Both the position numbers and the translations under genes were made by a program. From positions 64,358,001 through 64,422,000 of the forward strand of contig CM059438.1 of assembly GCA_030390025.1 (NCBI GenBank): a DNA stretch of 64,000 nucleotides, given 5' to 3'. Below are positions 1-12,419 of the stretch, piece by piece. A model generated the notes under the pieces. The model had not been told where the DNA came from. It did not search any database and saw only the letters and a list, made by a program, of their open reading frames with translations. The stretch comes from Squalus acanthias (Eukaryota). Within the stretch, counting starts at the first letter, position 1. Every line of letters starts with the position of its first letter.

Positions 1-376
1 GTCAGAAATGTCTCAAGGTGCTTCACTTTATGAATTACCGTGAAGTGCAATAACTATTACGATGCAGGAAAAGGCAGCCCCATACATACGCGTTAGTGGA
101 GCTCCCGTGGCCATGCCACATTGTGTCAGAGGGTGCAGTGTTGTCCCATTCAATGTACAATGTCACCTCTGGTTTACAGTGATTGAACAAGTCAAATTGC
201 ATTATAACAGAGTAGTAGTGATATTTTCAGGCTCCTCTATAATTTGAATATGTAATTAAAAACTGTTTGTAGTTTATTTTATTTTATCTCTAACCGTTTG
301 TAACGCCCAGGATAGAAAGGAAGATGAGAGGGAAGATGTTGCAGGTAGATTGTATGAATTCTATGTGGTAATAAAG

Positions 377-660
377 AAGAAAGAACTTGCATTTATATAA
401 CACCTTGCATGACCTTAGGAAGTCCCAAAGTGCTTTACAGCCAATTAAATACTTTTGAATTGTATTCACTGTTGTAATGTAGGAAATGCACAGCAAGCTC
501 CCACATACAGCAATTAGATAAATGACCAGATAATCTGTATTAGTGATGTTAGTAGAGGGATAAATGTTGGCCAGGTCTTCGAAATAGTGCCATGGGATCT
601 TTTACATCCACCTGAGAGGGCAGACGGGGCCTCGGTTTAACACCTCATCTGAAAGACCGT
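377..660 (-). mobile_element. 5'-truncated Deu-domain SINE (SacSINE1-like)
   Basis: Reverse complement of the 3' part of the SINE at 4909-5376 (aagaaagaacttgcatttatata tail; gggatcttttacatccacctgagagggcagacggggcctcggtttaac core). Confidence 0.8.
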
Positions 661-1377
661 AGTACTGGGAACTGGGTTTATAGGGTGTGGGACTATTGAG
701 GGCTCCGAGAGTTACTGGGAGGGGGTTGCCCAATGTGGGAACACTAGGACGGCTGGTCATGGTATTTGGGAACTCTGGGAAAGGGGTACAAGGGTCAGGT
801 GGAAGTGGGAGAATGGTGTCAGTATATGAGTGAATTCTTGGGAGTGGTGGGAGAGTAGACTTGGGTGGCTTTGGGATGGTGGTGGCAGTGTATGGGAGAA
901 TTGGGAATAGGGTATTAGGTGTGGGAATATTAGGAGGGAGAACTTGGTTGGGTGGTGGCACTGAGATCATGTCATGGGGTCCCGCTGACAAATGTGCAGG
1001 TGTTTGAGTTTACTCGGGAGTGGATCAGTAATGGGAAGTGGAGGGAAAGGCATGGTTGGCATTGTGGCGAGGGGGAGGGGGGAAGCACTGAGAGGTGGCA
1101 AGCAGGGAAGGAGCAGAGGTAAGAGTGCTTGGGGTGCATTGGTGGAGAGTGAGCAGGATGTAATGGAGGAGAATTAGTTCCATTCACTCACAAGAAGTGT
1201 AGAAAAGCAGTAATCTGGGCATATTATTATTACTTACAATAGTTACTGCCGAGTATTTTAATCAATACCAGTTTCTCCAGGTCATTGATGGGGACCCCTT
1301 TTAAGAAATTACTCCCTCCCCGTGGCACTGCCAATCGCCAAGCCCTCCCCAGAGCTTCAATCCCAGGTGCCCTGACC

Positions 1378-1805
1378 TTTTTTTTCATTCATGGGATGTG
1401 GTGGTCACTGGCAAGGCTAGCATTTATTGCCCATCCCTAATTGTCCTTGAGAAGGTGGTGGTGAGCAGCCTTCTTGAACTGCTGCAGTCCGTGTGGTGAA
1501 GGTAGTCCCACAGCGCTGTTAGGGAGGGAGTTCCAGGATTTTGACCCAGTGATGATGAAGGATCGGCGATATACTTCCAAGTCAGGATGGTGTGTGACTT
1601 GAAGTGGAACTTGGAGATGGTGGTGTTCTCATGTGCCTGCTGCCCTTGTCCTTCTAGGTGGTGGAGGTCGCGGGTTTGGGAGGTGTTGTCGAAGAAACCT
1701 TGGCGATTTACCGCAGTGCATCTTGTAGATGGTACACACCGCAGCCACGGTGCGCCGGTGGTGGAGGGAGTGAATGTTTGAGGTGGTGGATGGGGTGCCA
1801 ATCAA
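1378..1805 (-). mobile_element. 3' fragment of a CR1-clade LINE (family B)
   Basis: Close match to 54046-54480 and 46262-46391/52185-52470; A-rich 3' end on the minus strand. Confidence 0.8.
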
Positions 1806-2363
1806 GACCTTGAATCACGAAGGCTTTGGGAAATACAACTAAATATTTCAAGTGCTTTCAATACTTTTAAAATTATTAATTATTTTAAACATGCTGAACG
1901 CACACAGCGACTCTCCCTTTTTATTGTTCCTATCCCCTAATTTCACCAACTCAATAATTCTATACCCAATTCTTCCACACCCATGGCCAGGAACGAGACT
2001 TTTATGCCTCAGGCATTGAGGTCAGGGCTTGGGGTCCTGTCACTATGGGGAGGGAGTGGGGCAGGGAGCAGTATGGGACTAGGGTCTGATCGCAGCGGGT
2101 GGGGTGACGGTAGCCAATAGCAGCAACAACAGGGAGATTGGGGCTGTGGAGCTCCAAGGTAGGTAGCCATTGTGGACAGTAGCGCCACCTACCTTCGAGA
2201 CCAAACTTGCAAGACTCAATCAGAGGTAAATGAAATGAATCAGCATGTTTATTCAGGATTGAAAAGCATGGCCGTTTGGCGTGATGGAAAAAAGTGACAG
2301 GAAGTAGGTGTGACACTTACCAGAAGTGCATGTGTATGCAAGACCTTTAATATATTATATAGG

Positions 2364-2387
2364 GAGAGAGAGAGAGAGAGAGAGAGA
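2364..2387. repeat. (GA)n microsatellite
   Basis: Seen directly. Confidence 0.9.
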
Positions 2388-3550
2388 CTTTAGGAGGGTT
2401 CTTGAAGCCAGTAACAAAAATGAAATACTTAAAAAGGTATGAATTCTTAAAGTTTAATGTACCTGTAATCAGATAGGAATATAATACCCTGCAGCAACAC
2501 TTGTGTGTAAAAAGAAAGTAGCACAGCTCCCATTCTCTTCATGTTCTAATGCTGTGAACCAAGGCTGTAAGATTCAGATCTCTACATTTTTCCTTTGAAT
2601 TTGTCAAACTGTTGTTGAAAAGCCTGGGGATTTAGGCATATCATACTTGATCTGCTGTTTTCCTGCTGGAAGTAATTCTTTTTGAACATTTTGAGCAGTT
2701 TCTGAATATTATATACTTAAAATACCTTTTTGCAGTGCTTATTAACATTTTGCTCATTTTTATTATTTTCAGAATCCAAGATAAGTTCAAACTTAGAATC
2801 TCGAGCTCCACTGTCGGTAGGAGAGCATTCAGCCTTGATGACTCTGCTCCCTGGAACTCCATTCCTAAACCTCTCTGCCTCGCTCACCTTCAAAAGCTTC
2901 CTTAAAACTTTGCCCTTGGTTACCTTCCCAACTTATCTTTCACCCTTGCAATTTTTCTCCCTCCTTGCTCCCTCCCCCTTGTAAAGTTTCTGCGGATGGG
3001 TTTCCTGCGTTAAAGACACACAATGTTGTTGCGGAATAGAGTGAAATGCAAGATGGGCATTTGTAATTTTCTTGACTGGAGACGTGCTTCATGTTATCAC
3101 TGTTTGCCGTTTGAATTGCAAGCAACGTCGTTGATATATATATGGGAATAAATACATCTTTCATCTCTCCAAAGCAACAAAGGACTATGCAGCACCTTTA
3201 CTGGACAGTGCAGAGTAGAAACTGGAGAATTACCTTGTTTCCAATCCATTTCCATTACTAAGATATGTTGGATTCAGTGTTTAGCCTTTGCACTAGACTC
3301 TTTCTATACTGTGTACCAAGAGGTCTCTAAATGGAATGGATTCGACAGTTGCCATGGTTTCAACCCCTTCAGTGATGTCATGTCCACCTACACTTGAACA
3401 CAGAATTGCCAAGGGATAGAAAGTGATTACAGCTTTTAATTAAAGCTGCTAGTTATTAATGCCTCATTTGTGTGACCCAAGCAATTACAATGAAGCGTAA
3501 GGGTTGCCATTTACATTATTGACCTCACGGCTACAAATTGCAGGCTACAG

Positions 3551-3963
3551 CAGGGTTGTCCAATACATTAGTCACTAGCTACATGTGGCTAATTGAGAAT
3601 CAAGATCTGGCTAATTGCATTTCTAATTAGTAAATAAAAAGTGAATAATAGACACCGTCATTGGGTATGTGACTTCAATTCTCGTATTTGCACAGTGTAT
3701 GCACATGTACATTAACATTTTTGTCCGCTGGCAAGATGAAAAGCAGAGTGTGCGAGTGTTTTATAATCGTTGTGGGTACTTATTTCCTTGGTTAATGAAT
3801 GGCGGTAGATGTTTGTTAAGTAAATATACACATGCGAAGTACATTTACCTTTACTGTGTGAGAGTATGTAAGGCCCTTTCTACTAAAATTATTGCACGTG
3901 GCTAAAACACTGTCACCGTAGCCACACCTGTGGCTAGTTAGCAATTTCTATTGGACAACACTG
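3551..3963. mobile_element. Non-autonomous hAT (Charlie/MER3-like) MITE
   Basis: TIRs cagggttgtccaata / tattggacaacactg; 8-bp TSD ggctacag (3543-3550) / ggctatgg (3964-3971), both derivable from ggctacgg by CpG decay. Confidence 0.85.
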
Positions 3964-4029
3964 GGCTATGGATATGCAGCTACTGCAGTCAACAGCTGTG
4001 AAAATAGGCACCATACCTTACAAAATACA

Positions 4030-4512
4030 ATAAGAAATAAGAAATAGATGCAGGAATAGGCCACTTGGCCCCTCGAGCCTGCTCCGCCATTCAATAAGAT
4101 CATGGCTGATCTTGAGCTCAAAGCCACTTCCTTGCCCACCCCCCATAACCCTTCACTCCCTTATCTTGCAAAAATCTGTCTATCTCCACCTTAAATGTAT
4201 TTAATGACCCAGCCTCCACGGCTCTCTGGGGCAGAGAATTCCACAGATTTACGACCTCTTGAGAGAAGAAATTCCTCCTCATCTCAATTCTAAAAGGGCG
4301 ACCCTTTATTCTGAAACTATGCCCCTGAGTTCTAGATTTCCCCACGAGGGGAAACATCCTCTCTGCATCTACCTTGTCGAGCCCCCTCAGTATCTTATAT
4401 GTTTCAATGAGATCACCTCTCATTCTTCTAAATTCCAATGAGTTATAGGCCCAACCTGTTCAACCTTCCTTCATAAGTCAACCTCCTCATCTCTGGAATT
4501 AACCTAGTGAAT
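4030..4512 (-). mobile_element. CR1 LINE 3' fragment
   Basis: ORF 4118-4438 gives the CR1 ORF2 C-terminus (RRMRGDLIETYKIL...RRNFFSQEVVNLWNSLP), followed by 3' UTR and tail repeats. Confidence 0.9.
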
Positions 4513-4908
4513 CCAATTAAACCCAATTAAGCCAGTAACAAGATGAAGGGCTGAGTACATTAAAATGTTGTGAAATCGACCTGAAATTGGAAGTAAGTAA
4601 ATATTTGGTGGCAGTTAAGTGTTTGCTAATACAGACTGCCATGATTCTATGGAATCCCTCACAATCACATTCTTTTGTCATAAATTCCCTGTTGAAATCC
4701 CTCCAATCTGGTTTCTCATGGCACCACAAACGGCCTTATCCAAAGTCACAGATAACATCCACTGTGACGGAGATGCATTAATCTCCCTTATCTTCCTTGA
4801 CCTCTCTGCAGTAGGTCATCCTCTGCCAGCACCTCCCCTCCATTGTCCAGCTCCATGGGACTGATCTCACGTGCTTCCATTCGTAACTTTCTGAGCACAG
4901 TTTCTGAG

Positions 4909-5376
4909 GTGTCAGCTGTGGCTCAGTGGGTCGCACACTTGCCTCTGAGTCAGAAGGTTGTGGGTTTCAAGTCCCACTCCAGGGCCTTGCGCACATAAAG
5001 CTAGGCTGACACTCCAGTGCAGTGCTGAGGGAGTGCTGCACTGTCGGAGGTGCCCCCTTTCAGATGAGATGTTAAACCGAGGCCCCGTCTGCGCTCTCAG
5101 GTGGACGTAAAAGATTCCATGGCACTATTTCGAAGAAGAGCAGGGGAGTTATCTCCGGTGTCCTGGCCAATATTTATCCCTCAACCAACATAACAAAAAC
5201 AGATTATCTGATCATTATCACATTGCTGTTTGTGGGACCTTGCTGTGTGCAAATTGGCTGCTGTGTTTCCTACATTACAACAGTGACTACACTTCAAAAG
5301 TACTTCATTGGCTGTAAAGCGCTTTAGGGCGTCCTGATGTCATGAAAGGTGCTATAGAAATGCAAGTCTTTCTTTT
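4909..5376 (+). mobile_element. Full-length tRNA-derived Deu-domain SINE (SacSINE1-like)
   Basis: Pol III A box tggctcagtgg (4919-4929), B box-like ggtttcaagtccc, Deu-like core (ctgtcggaggtgcc...gatgagatgttaaaccgaggcccc...caggtggacgtaaaagat), tail aatgcaagtctttctttt; several partial copies in the window. Confidence 0.85.
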
Positions 5377-5579
5377 CTCAATCCCTCCATGCTGTCAGGC
5401 TGCTTGTCAGACATTCAATCCTGGGTGAGTCATAACTTCTTGCAGCTCAACATTGGGCTTTGGCCTCTGCCACAAACTCTTTTCTCCTGCCACTGATTGC
5501 ATCTCGGCCCCAGCCACTTTCTCAGGCTGAAACAGATTGTTTGCAACCAAAACGTCCTGTTAAATCTGGAGCTCAATTT

Positions 5580-6480
5580 CATAGATTCATAGAAACTGAC
5601 AGCACAGAAGGAGGTCATGTGGCCCGTCGTGCCTGTGCTAGCTCTTTGAAAGTGCGGTTGTGTTTAGTCCCGCATCCCTGCTTTTTGTCCATAACCCTCT
5701 AAGTTCCACATCCTCAAGTACCTGTCCGACTCCCTGTTAAAATTATTTATGGAATCAACTTCCACCACCTTTTCAGGTCGAGCGTTCCAGATCCCGACAA
5801 CTCTCTGAGTGAAAATATTTCTCCTCATCTCCCCTCTAGATCTTTTTCCAATGATTTTGAATCTATGACCTCTAGTTATTGACCCACTCACCAGAGGGAA
5901 TACTTTTTCCCTATTTACTCTCTCAAAACCACTCATCATCTTGAGAAACTTTAACCTTCTCTGCTCCAAGGAGAACATTCTTAACTTTTCCAACATCTCC
6001 TCATAACTGAAGTCCCTGATCCCTGGTAACATCCTGGTAAACCTCCTCTGTACCCTTTCTAATGCGTTTATATCTTTCCTGAAGTGGGATGCCCAGAATT
6101 GTCCACAATACTCCAGCTGAGGTCTAACCAATGATTTATAAAGTTCTCGCACGATCTCTTTGCTTTTATATTCTATTCCTCTATTTATAAACCCAAGTAA
6201 CCCATATGTTTTTAACCACCTTCTCAACTTGCCCTGCCACCTTGTAAGGATTTGTATATATGGACACCAAGGTCTCTCTGCTCACCTACATTTTTCAAAA
6301 TCATGCTGTCTTTCCATATTAGTCCTCCCAAAGTGCATCACTTCACACTTCTCTGCATTGAACTCCATCTGCCGTGCTTCTACCCATTTCACCATCCGGT
6401 CTACGTCATCCTGAAGCCTATAACTACCCTCATCATGATCTACTGCTTTGCCAAGTTTCGTATCATCAGCAAACTTTTCA
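5580..6480 (-). mobile_element. CR1 LINE 3' fragment (degenerate RT C-terminus)
   Basis: ORFs 6282-6503 (KFADDTKLG) and 5664-6227 (LVRPQLEYCGQFW...ALERVQRRFTRM); catagattcataga tail. Confidence 0.9.
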
Positions 6481-6738
6481 AACCCTGTATTCTCTCCCAT
6501 CACTGAGACTACCTACTTATTCCTCCATAAGATTAAACTCTCCATGGCCTCGCCGCACCCCATCTTTGCATCTTCCTCCAGCCCTATCGTCCCTCTCCCC
6601 CGAACACTCCATTCCTCTGATTCTGACCTCTTGTGCACCACTCTTACATAGAAACATAGAAGATAGGAGCAGGAGTAGGCCATTCGTCCCCTCGAGCCTG
6701 CTCCGCCATTCGATGAGATCATGGCTGATCATCTAAAC

Positions 6739-9600
6739 TCAGTACCCTGTACCTGCTTTCTCCCCATATCCCTTGATACCTTTAGCTTTAAGAAATATAT
6801 CTAACTCATCCTTGAATATATTTAATGACTTCGCCTCAACTACCTTCTGTGGTAGAGAATTCCACAGGTTCACCACTCTCTGGGTGAAGAAATTCTTCCT
6901 CATTTCTGTCCTAAATGGTTTACCCGTTATCCGTAGATTATGACCCCTGGTTCTGGACTCTCCGACCATCGGGAACATTCTTCCTGCATCTAGTTTGTCC
7001 AGACCTGTCAGAATTTTATATGTTTCGATGAGATCCCCTCTCATTCTTCTATACTCCAGTGAGTATAAGCCCAATCGACCCAATCTCTCCTCATATGTCA
7101 TTCCTGCCATCCCAGGTATCAGCCTTGTGAATCTTCGCTGAACTCCTTCCATGGCAAGAACATCCTTCCTCAGATAAGGCGACCAAAACTGCACACAGTA
7201 CTCAAGGTGTGGTCTCACCAAGGCCCTGTACAACTGCAGCAGGACATCCCTGTTCCTATACTCAAACCCTTTCGCTATGAAGGCCAACATACCATTTGCC
7301 TTCTTCACCGCCTGCTGCACCTGCATGCTTACTTTCAGCGACTGGTGCACAAGGACACCCAGGTCTCGTTGCACTTCCCCTTCTCCCAATCTATTGCCAT
7401 TCAGATAATAGTCTGCCTTTCTGTTTTTGACACCAAAGTGGATAACCTCGCACTTATCCACGTTATATTGCATCTGCCACGCTTCTGCCCACTCACCCAA
7501 CCTGTCCAGATCATCCTGGAGTTTCTCGCTATCCTCCTCGCAGCACACACTCCCACCCAGCTTTGTGTCATCTGCAAACTTGGAGATATTACATTTAATT
7601 CCCTTATCTAGATCATTAATGTATATTGTGAATAGCTGGGGCCCAAGGACCGATCCCTGCGGTACCCCACTAGTCACTGCTTGCCACTCGGAAAAAGACC
7701 CATTAATTCCTACTCTCTGCTTTCTGTCCACCAACCAGTTCTCTATCCAAGTCAATACCTTGCCCCCAATCCCATGTGCCTTAACTTTACCCGCTAATCT
7801 CTTATGCGGGACCTTATCGAAAGCCTTTTGAAAGTCCAAATACACCACATCTACTGGTTCTCCCTTATCTATTTTCCCAGTTACATCCTCAAAAAATTCC
7901 AGTAGATTAGTCAAGCACGATTTACCTTTTGTAAAACCATGTTGACTTTGTCCGATCCTGTCACTGTTTTTCAAATGCTCAGCTATTACATCCTTTATAA
8001 TGGACTCTAGCATTTTCCCCACTACCGATGCCAGGCTTACCGGTCTGTAATTCCCCGCTTTCTCTCTACCACCCTTTTTGAATAGTGGGTTAACATTAGC
8101 TACCCTCCAATCCATGGGTACAGTTCCAGATTCCATCGAATGTTGGAAGATGATCAGCAATGCATCTACTATTTCTAGGGCCACTTCCTTAAGTACCCTA
8201 GGATGTAGATTATCAGGCCCTGGGGATTTATCGGCCTTCAATACCGTCAATTTCCCTAACACCATTTCCTTGCAAATACTGATTTCTTTAAGTTCCTCCC
8301 TTTCATCAGACCGTATGTTCTCCAACATCTCTGGGAGGTTATTTGTGTCCTCCTTTGTGAAGACAGAACCAAAATATGCATTTAATTGGGCTGCCATTTC
8401 TTTGTTCCCCATTATAACTTCCCCCACTTCTGACTGCAAGGGACCTACACTTGATTTCACTAATCTTTTTCTCTTCACATATCTATAAAAGCTCTTACAG
8501 TCAGTTTTTATGTTCCCAGCAAGCTTACTTTCATATTCTATTTTCCCCTTCTTAATTAATCCCTTTGTCCTCCTTTGTTGAATCCTAAACTGCTCCCAAT
8601 CCTCAGGGCTACCGCTTTTTCTGGCCAATTTATATGCCCTCTCCTTGGATCTTATGCTATCCCTAATTTCCCTTGTTAGCCACGGTTGAGTCACCCTTTT
8701 TGTTTTATTCTTATGCCACACTGGGATGTACAAATTCTGTAGTTCATCCATGCAGTCTTTGAATGTTTGCCATTGCCTATCCACCGTCAACCCCTTGAGT
8801 GACATTCCCCAATCAATCCTACCCAATTCGCGCCTCATACCATCATAGTTTCCTTTATTTAAATTCAGGACCCTAGTCTCTGATTCAACTACTTCACTCT
8901 CCATCCTAATGAAGAATTCTATCATATTATGATCACTCTGACCCAAGGGGCCTCGAACAACAAGATTGCTAATTAATCCTTTCTCGTTGCATAATACTCA
9001 GTCTAAGATGGCCTGATCTCTGGTTGGTTCCTCGACATATTGTTCCAGAAAACCATCTCGTAAACATTCTAGGAATTCCTCCTCCACAGTATTTTTACTA
9101 ATTTGGTTAGCCCAATCTATATGTAAATTAAAGTCACCCATGATGACTGCTGTGCCCTTACTGCATGCTTCTCTAATTTCCCTTTTAATGCCGTCCCCAA
9201 CCTCCGTATTACTGTTTGGAGGTCTATATACCACTCCCACTAACGTTTTCTGCCCCTTGTTATTTCTCAGTTCTACCCATACAGATTCCGCATCATCAGA
9301 GCTAATATCCTTCCTTTCAATTGTGTTAATCCCCTCTTTAACCAGCAATGCTACCCCACCTCCCTTTCTTTTTTGCCTATCTTTCCTAAATATTGAATAA
9401 CCCTGGATGTTGAGTTCCCAGCCTTGGCCACCCTGGAGCCATGTTTCTGTAATCCCAATCAAATCGTATTCATTTACCTCTATTTGCGCAGCTAATTCAT
9501 CCACCTTGTTCCGAATGCTCCTTGCATTAAGACACAAAGCCTTCAGGCTTGTTTTCTTAACGCTCTCAGACCTATATGAATTATTATTTACTGTGACCAT
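6739..9600 (-). pseudogene. CR1 ORF2 (APE endonuclease + reverse transcriptase) with one in-frame stop at 8998-9000
   Basis: EN motifs LNARS, GITETW, VYRPP, GDFN, SDHN; RT motifs YLDFQKAFD, GVPQGSVLGP, FADD. The two ORFs are in the same frame across a TGA (ILD*, versus IPDW in the copy at 21397-22032). Confidence 0.9.
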
Positions 9601-9763
9601 GTTTGATTTAAACCGTTGAGTTCTTTGCCTTCTACTTTTGTTTTTCTCCTTCCTGTCTTTAGCTTTTATCCTTGTTTCCCTTTCCTCTGTCTCCCTGCTC
9701 AGGTTCCCAACCCCCTGCCACTTTAGTTTAAACCCTCCCCAACAGCACTAGCAAACACTCCCC

Positions 9764-10671
9764 CTAGGACATTGGTCCCGGCCCTGCCCAGGTGCAGACC
9801 GTCCGTTTGTACTGGTCCCACCTCCCCCAGAACCGGTTCCAATGTCCAAGGAATTTGAATCCCTCCCCCTTGCACCATTCTTCTAGCCACGTATTCATTT
9901 GAAATATCCTCCTATTTCTACTTTGACTAGCACGTGGTACTGGTAGCATCCTGAGATTACTACCTTTGAGGTCCTCTTTTTTAATTTACCTCCTAACTCC
10001 CTATATTCTGCTTTTAGGACCTCATCCCGTTTTTTACCTATATCGTTGATGCCTATGTGCACCACGACAACTGGCTGTTCGCCCTCCCCCTCCAAAGTGT
10101 TCTGTAGCCGCTCCGAGACGTCCTTGACCCTTGCACCAGGGAGGCAACACACCATCCTGGAGTCTCGATTGCGGCCGCAGAAACGCCTATCTATTCCCCT
10201 TACAATTGAATCCCCTATCACTATAGCTCTTCCACACTTTTTCCTCCCAGCCTGTGCAGCAGAGCCACCCATGGTGCCAGGAAGTTGGCTGCTGCCGCCT
10301 TCCCCTGATAAGTCATCCCCCCCAACAGCATCCAAAGTGGTATATCTGTTTGAGAGGGGGATGGCCACAGGGGACCCCTGCACTACCTGCCTGCACCTCT
10401 TACTCTGCCTGGTGGTCACCCATTCACTTCCTGCCTGGACACCCTTTACCTGCGGTGTGACCAACTCGCTAAACGTGTTATTCACGATGTTCTCAGCGTC
10501 GCGAATGCTCCAATATGTATCCATCCGCAGCTCCAGCGCCGCAATGCGGTCCGTCAGTAGCTGCAGCTGGAGACATTTCCCACACACATGGTCGTCAGGG
10601 ACACAGGAAGTGTCCCTGATTTCCCACATATTGCAGGAGGAGCATATCACGGCGCCGAGCTCTGCTGCCAT
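9764..10671 (-). pseudogene. CR1 ORF1 (Cys4 zinc finger, coiled coil, SGNH esterase-like domain), frameshifted near 9950
   Basis: CSSC...CGKC, VIGDSIVRG, CLPGARV, VHIGIND; the C-terminus continues in ORF 9764-9949 (LPVPRAS...NTWLEEWC). Confidence 0.85.
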
Positions 10672-10942
10672 GACTTACCCTTTAATTAATTAATTAAAAT
10701 TAAACTAATTGAATCCCACCAATTTCACTTCAATTAAATTATATACTCAAGGGCCCTTGCTTAACAGCAGTCCCCGCTACACCACAGAGACTCTAGAAAC
10801 TATAAACCACAGAATTTAAGTATGGAAAAAAGGAGAAAAAGAGAAATACCCGCCAACCAATCACTTACCTGCTTTCTGGTGACGTCACACTTTGATTATT
10901 TTCTACTTCTCTCTCTCCCGCTCTCGGGGCTCTGATTGGTCG

Positions 10943-11082
10943 CCTACCTGGTCGCCGCCTTTTCTCAGCTCCGCCTCGCCGCAGCCGCTCCACCCAGGTC
11001 CGCCGCCTCTGTGGGCCTACCTGGTCGCCGCCTTTTCTCAGCTCCGCCTCGCCGCAGCCGCTCCACCCAGGTCCGCCGCCTC
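10943..11082. repeat. 73-bp GC-rich tandem duplication at the CR1 5' end
   Basis: cctacctggtcgccgccttttctcagctccgcc... begins at 10943 and again at 11016. Confidence 0.9.
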
Positions 11083-12419
11083 ATCATCAATGACAAGACC
11101 ATCAGCTGCCTAGATCCCACTGTCCAGAATTTGCTGCCTAAACATCTCCATGTCTCTCTCCTCCTTTAAAAACCTTCTCCATACCCCACCTCTTAACCAA
11201 CCTATCGGTCAATCCTCTTACTCTCTCCATTCATGGCTCGATTCCCATTTTGAGTATGGTTGAGGGTGAACAACCACAAGGTCCCTTGAGAGCTGTTGAA
11301 CAAATTAGCCTGGCTCCTTCCTGAGCCACTAACAACTGTATCCCAACATTACAGCAAACATCCTCCCTCCCTTGACAGTAAAACCACTCCAACCCACTAT
11401 TGAATAAAAAGACAAACCTAAGGGTCAAACCAGAACTCGTCTCCTAATTCTGCCCTAACATTCTTCACGTCCACACTTGTTTTTCCTGTTCATCTACATT
11501 TTAAATACACCAATTTCACAGTAATAGATTACAACAGTTTAATTGAACAAAGTGTGTCATGTGTCCACTGCCTGTCACCACAATGCTCCCCTTTCATTAC
11601 CTCCATCACTAAATGTAGAGGTTAGGATTCAAGATTCAGCTCTGAAGCAGCAAAGCTTTTTTTTCGAAAATCCAAAAGTAAAGCCCTTTTTTGATGATAC
11701 CACTTTCAGTCAAAAAACACCTTAACTGCAGGTCAGGAAGGAATAACATCACATCATGGAATCAGAGATCTGCACCCGATTCCATGAGAGGAAATTTGTA
11801 TGCAGGGTCAACTGGCATCAATTTATGCATACAAGTTACCTTGCTTTGCCCTCTTTGGGTGCAGTCAGGTGTAGACATCAGAACTGCCGTGGAGGTTGGT
11901 TGGGTGCAGATCAGGGAAAAGCACTCGTGCCCGTTGTTCCCCATGTGTTGCATTCATTTCTCGTGTGCAAGGCAGAGGAACAATCTATCCTAATATCTCA
12001 CCAGGGCAGTACCAAGTGGACACAATTCACAAAGCCACGTGTTAACATGATGGCACCACAACTCACTGTAGAATCCTGACACAATCCAGCTCATTCTACT
12101 TGTTTTCCACAAGCATTTGTGGCACTGCAGCTCCCAGTATCTACTTCAGACTCACAGTCTAACAAAAGACATGGAGAAAGATTTAGGGAAACAATGTTAA
12201 TGAGGTGGAAGTAAGTGGTCTTTATGATAGAGAGGCTATGGGTTCGGAAGGTCCTATCAGGTTTGAACAGGGTGCCGAGCTTACCAACAGTGTAGTTCAG
12301 TCTGAGACAATGGCCAGAGAGTGGGATAGAATCGATGGGAGGGTTACTGAATGTGTGGTGGAATCTAAAGACAATAGTTTGAGTCTTCCCAATGTTTGAA
12401 TGGAGGAAATTGTAAGCTT

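Larger units (their letters stand above)
6647..11080 (-). mobile_element. Near full-length CR1 LINE (5' UTR, ORF1, ORF2, catagaaa tail)
   Basis: ORF1 9895-10671, endonuclease 8998-9600, RT 6739-8946, tail acatagaaacatagaag at 6646-6662. Confidence 0.95.
4650..11240 (+). mobile_element. Old L2-like LINE remnant in four pieces (about 4650-4900, 5377-5580, 6490-6645, 11081-11240), separated by younger insertions
   Basis: gaaatccctccaatctggtttc...atccaaagtcaca matches the reverse complement of 14800-14860 and also 63113-63195; the pieces follow in L2 ORF2 to 3' order. Confidence 0.6.

Noticed and set aside
602..1187. Pro-rich ORFs in a G-rich tract
   Set aside because: Low-complexity strand-biased sequence with no domain or splice support.
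4909..4985. tRNA gene
   Set aside because: The A/B boxes run directly into the SINE body; it is a SINE head.
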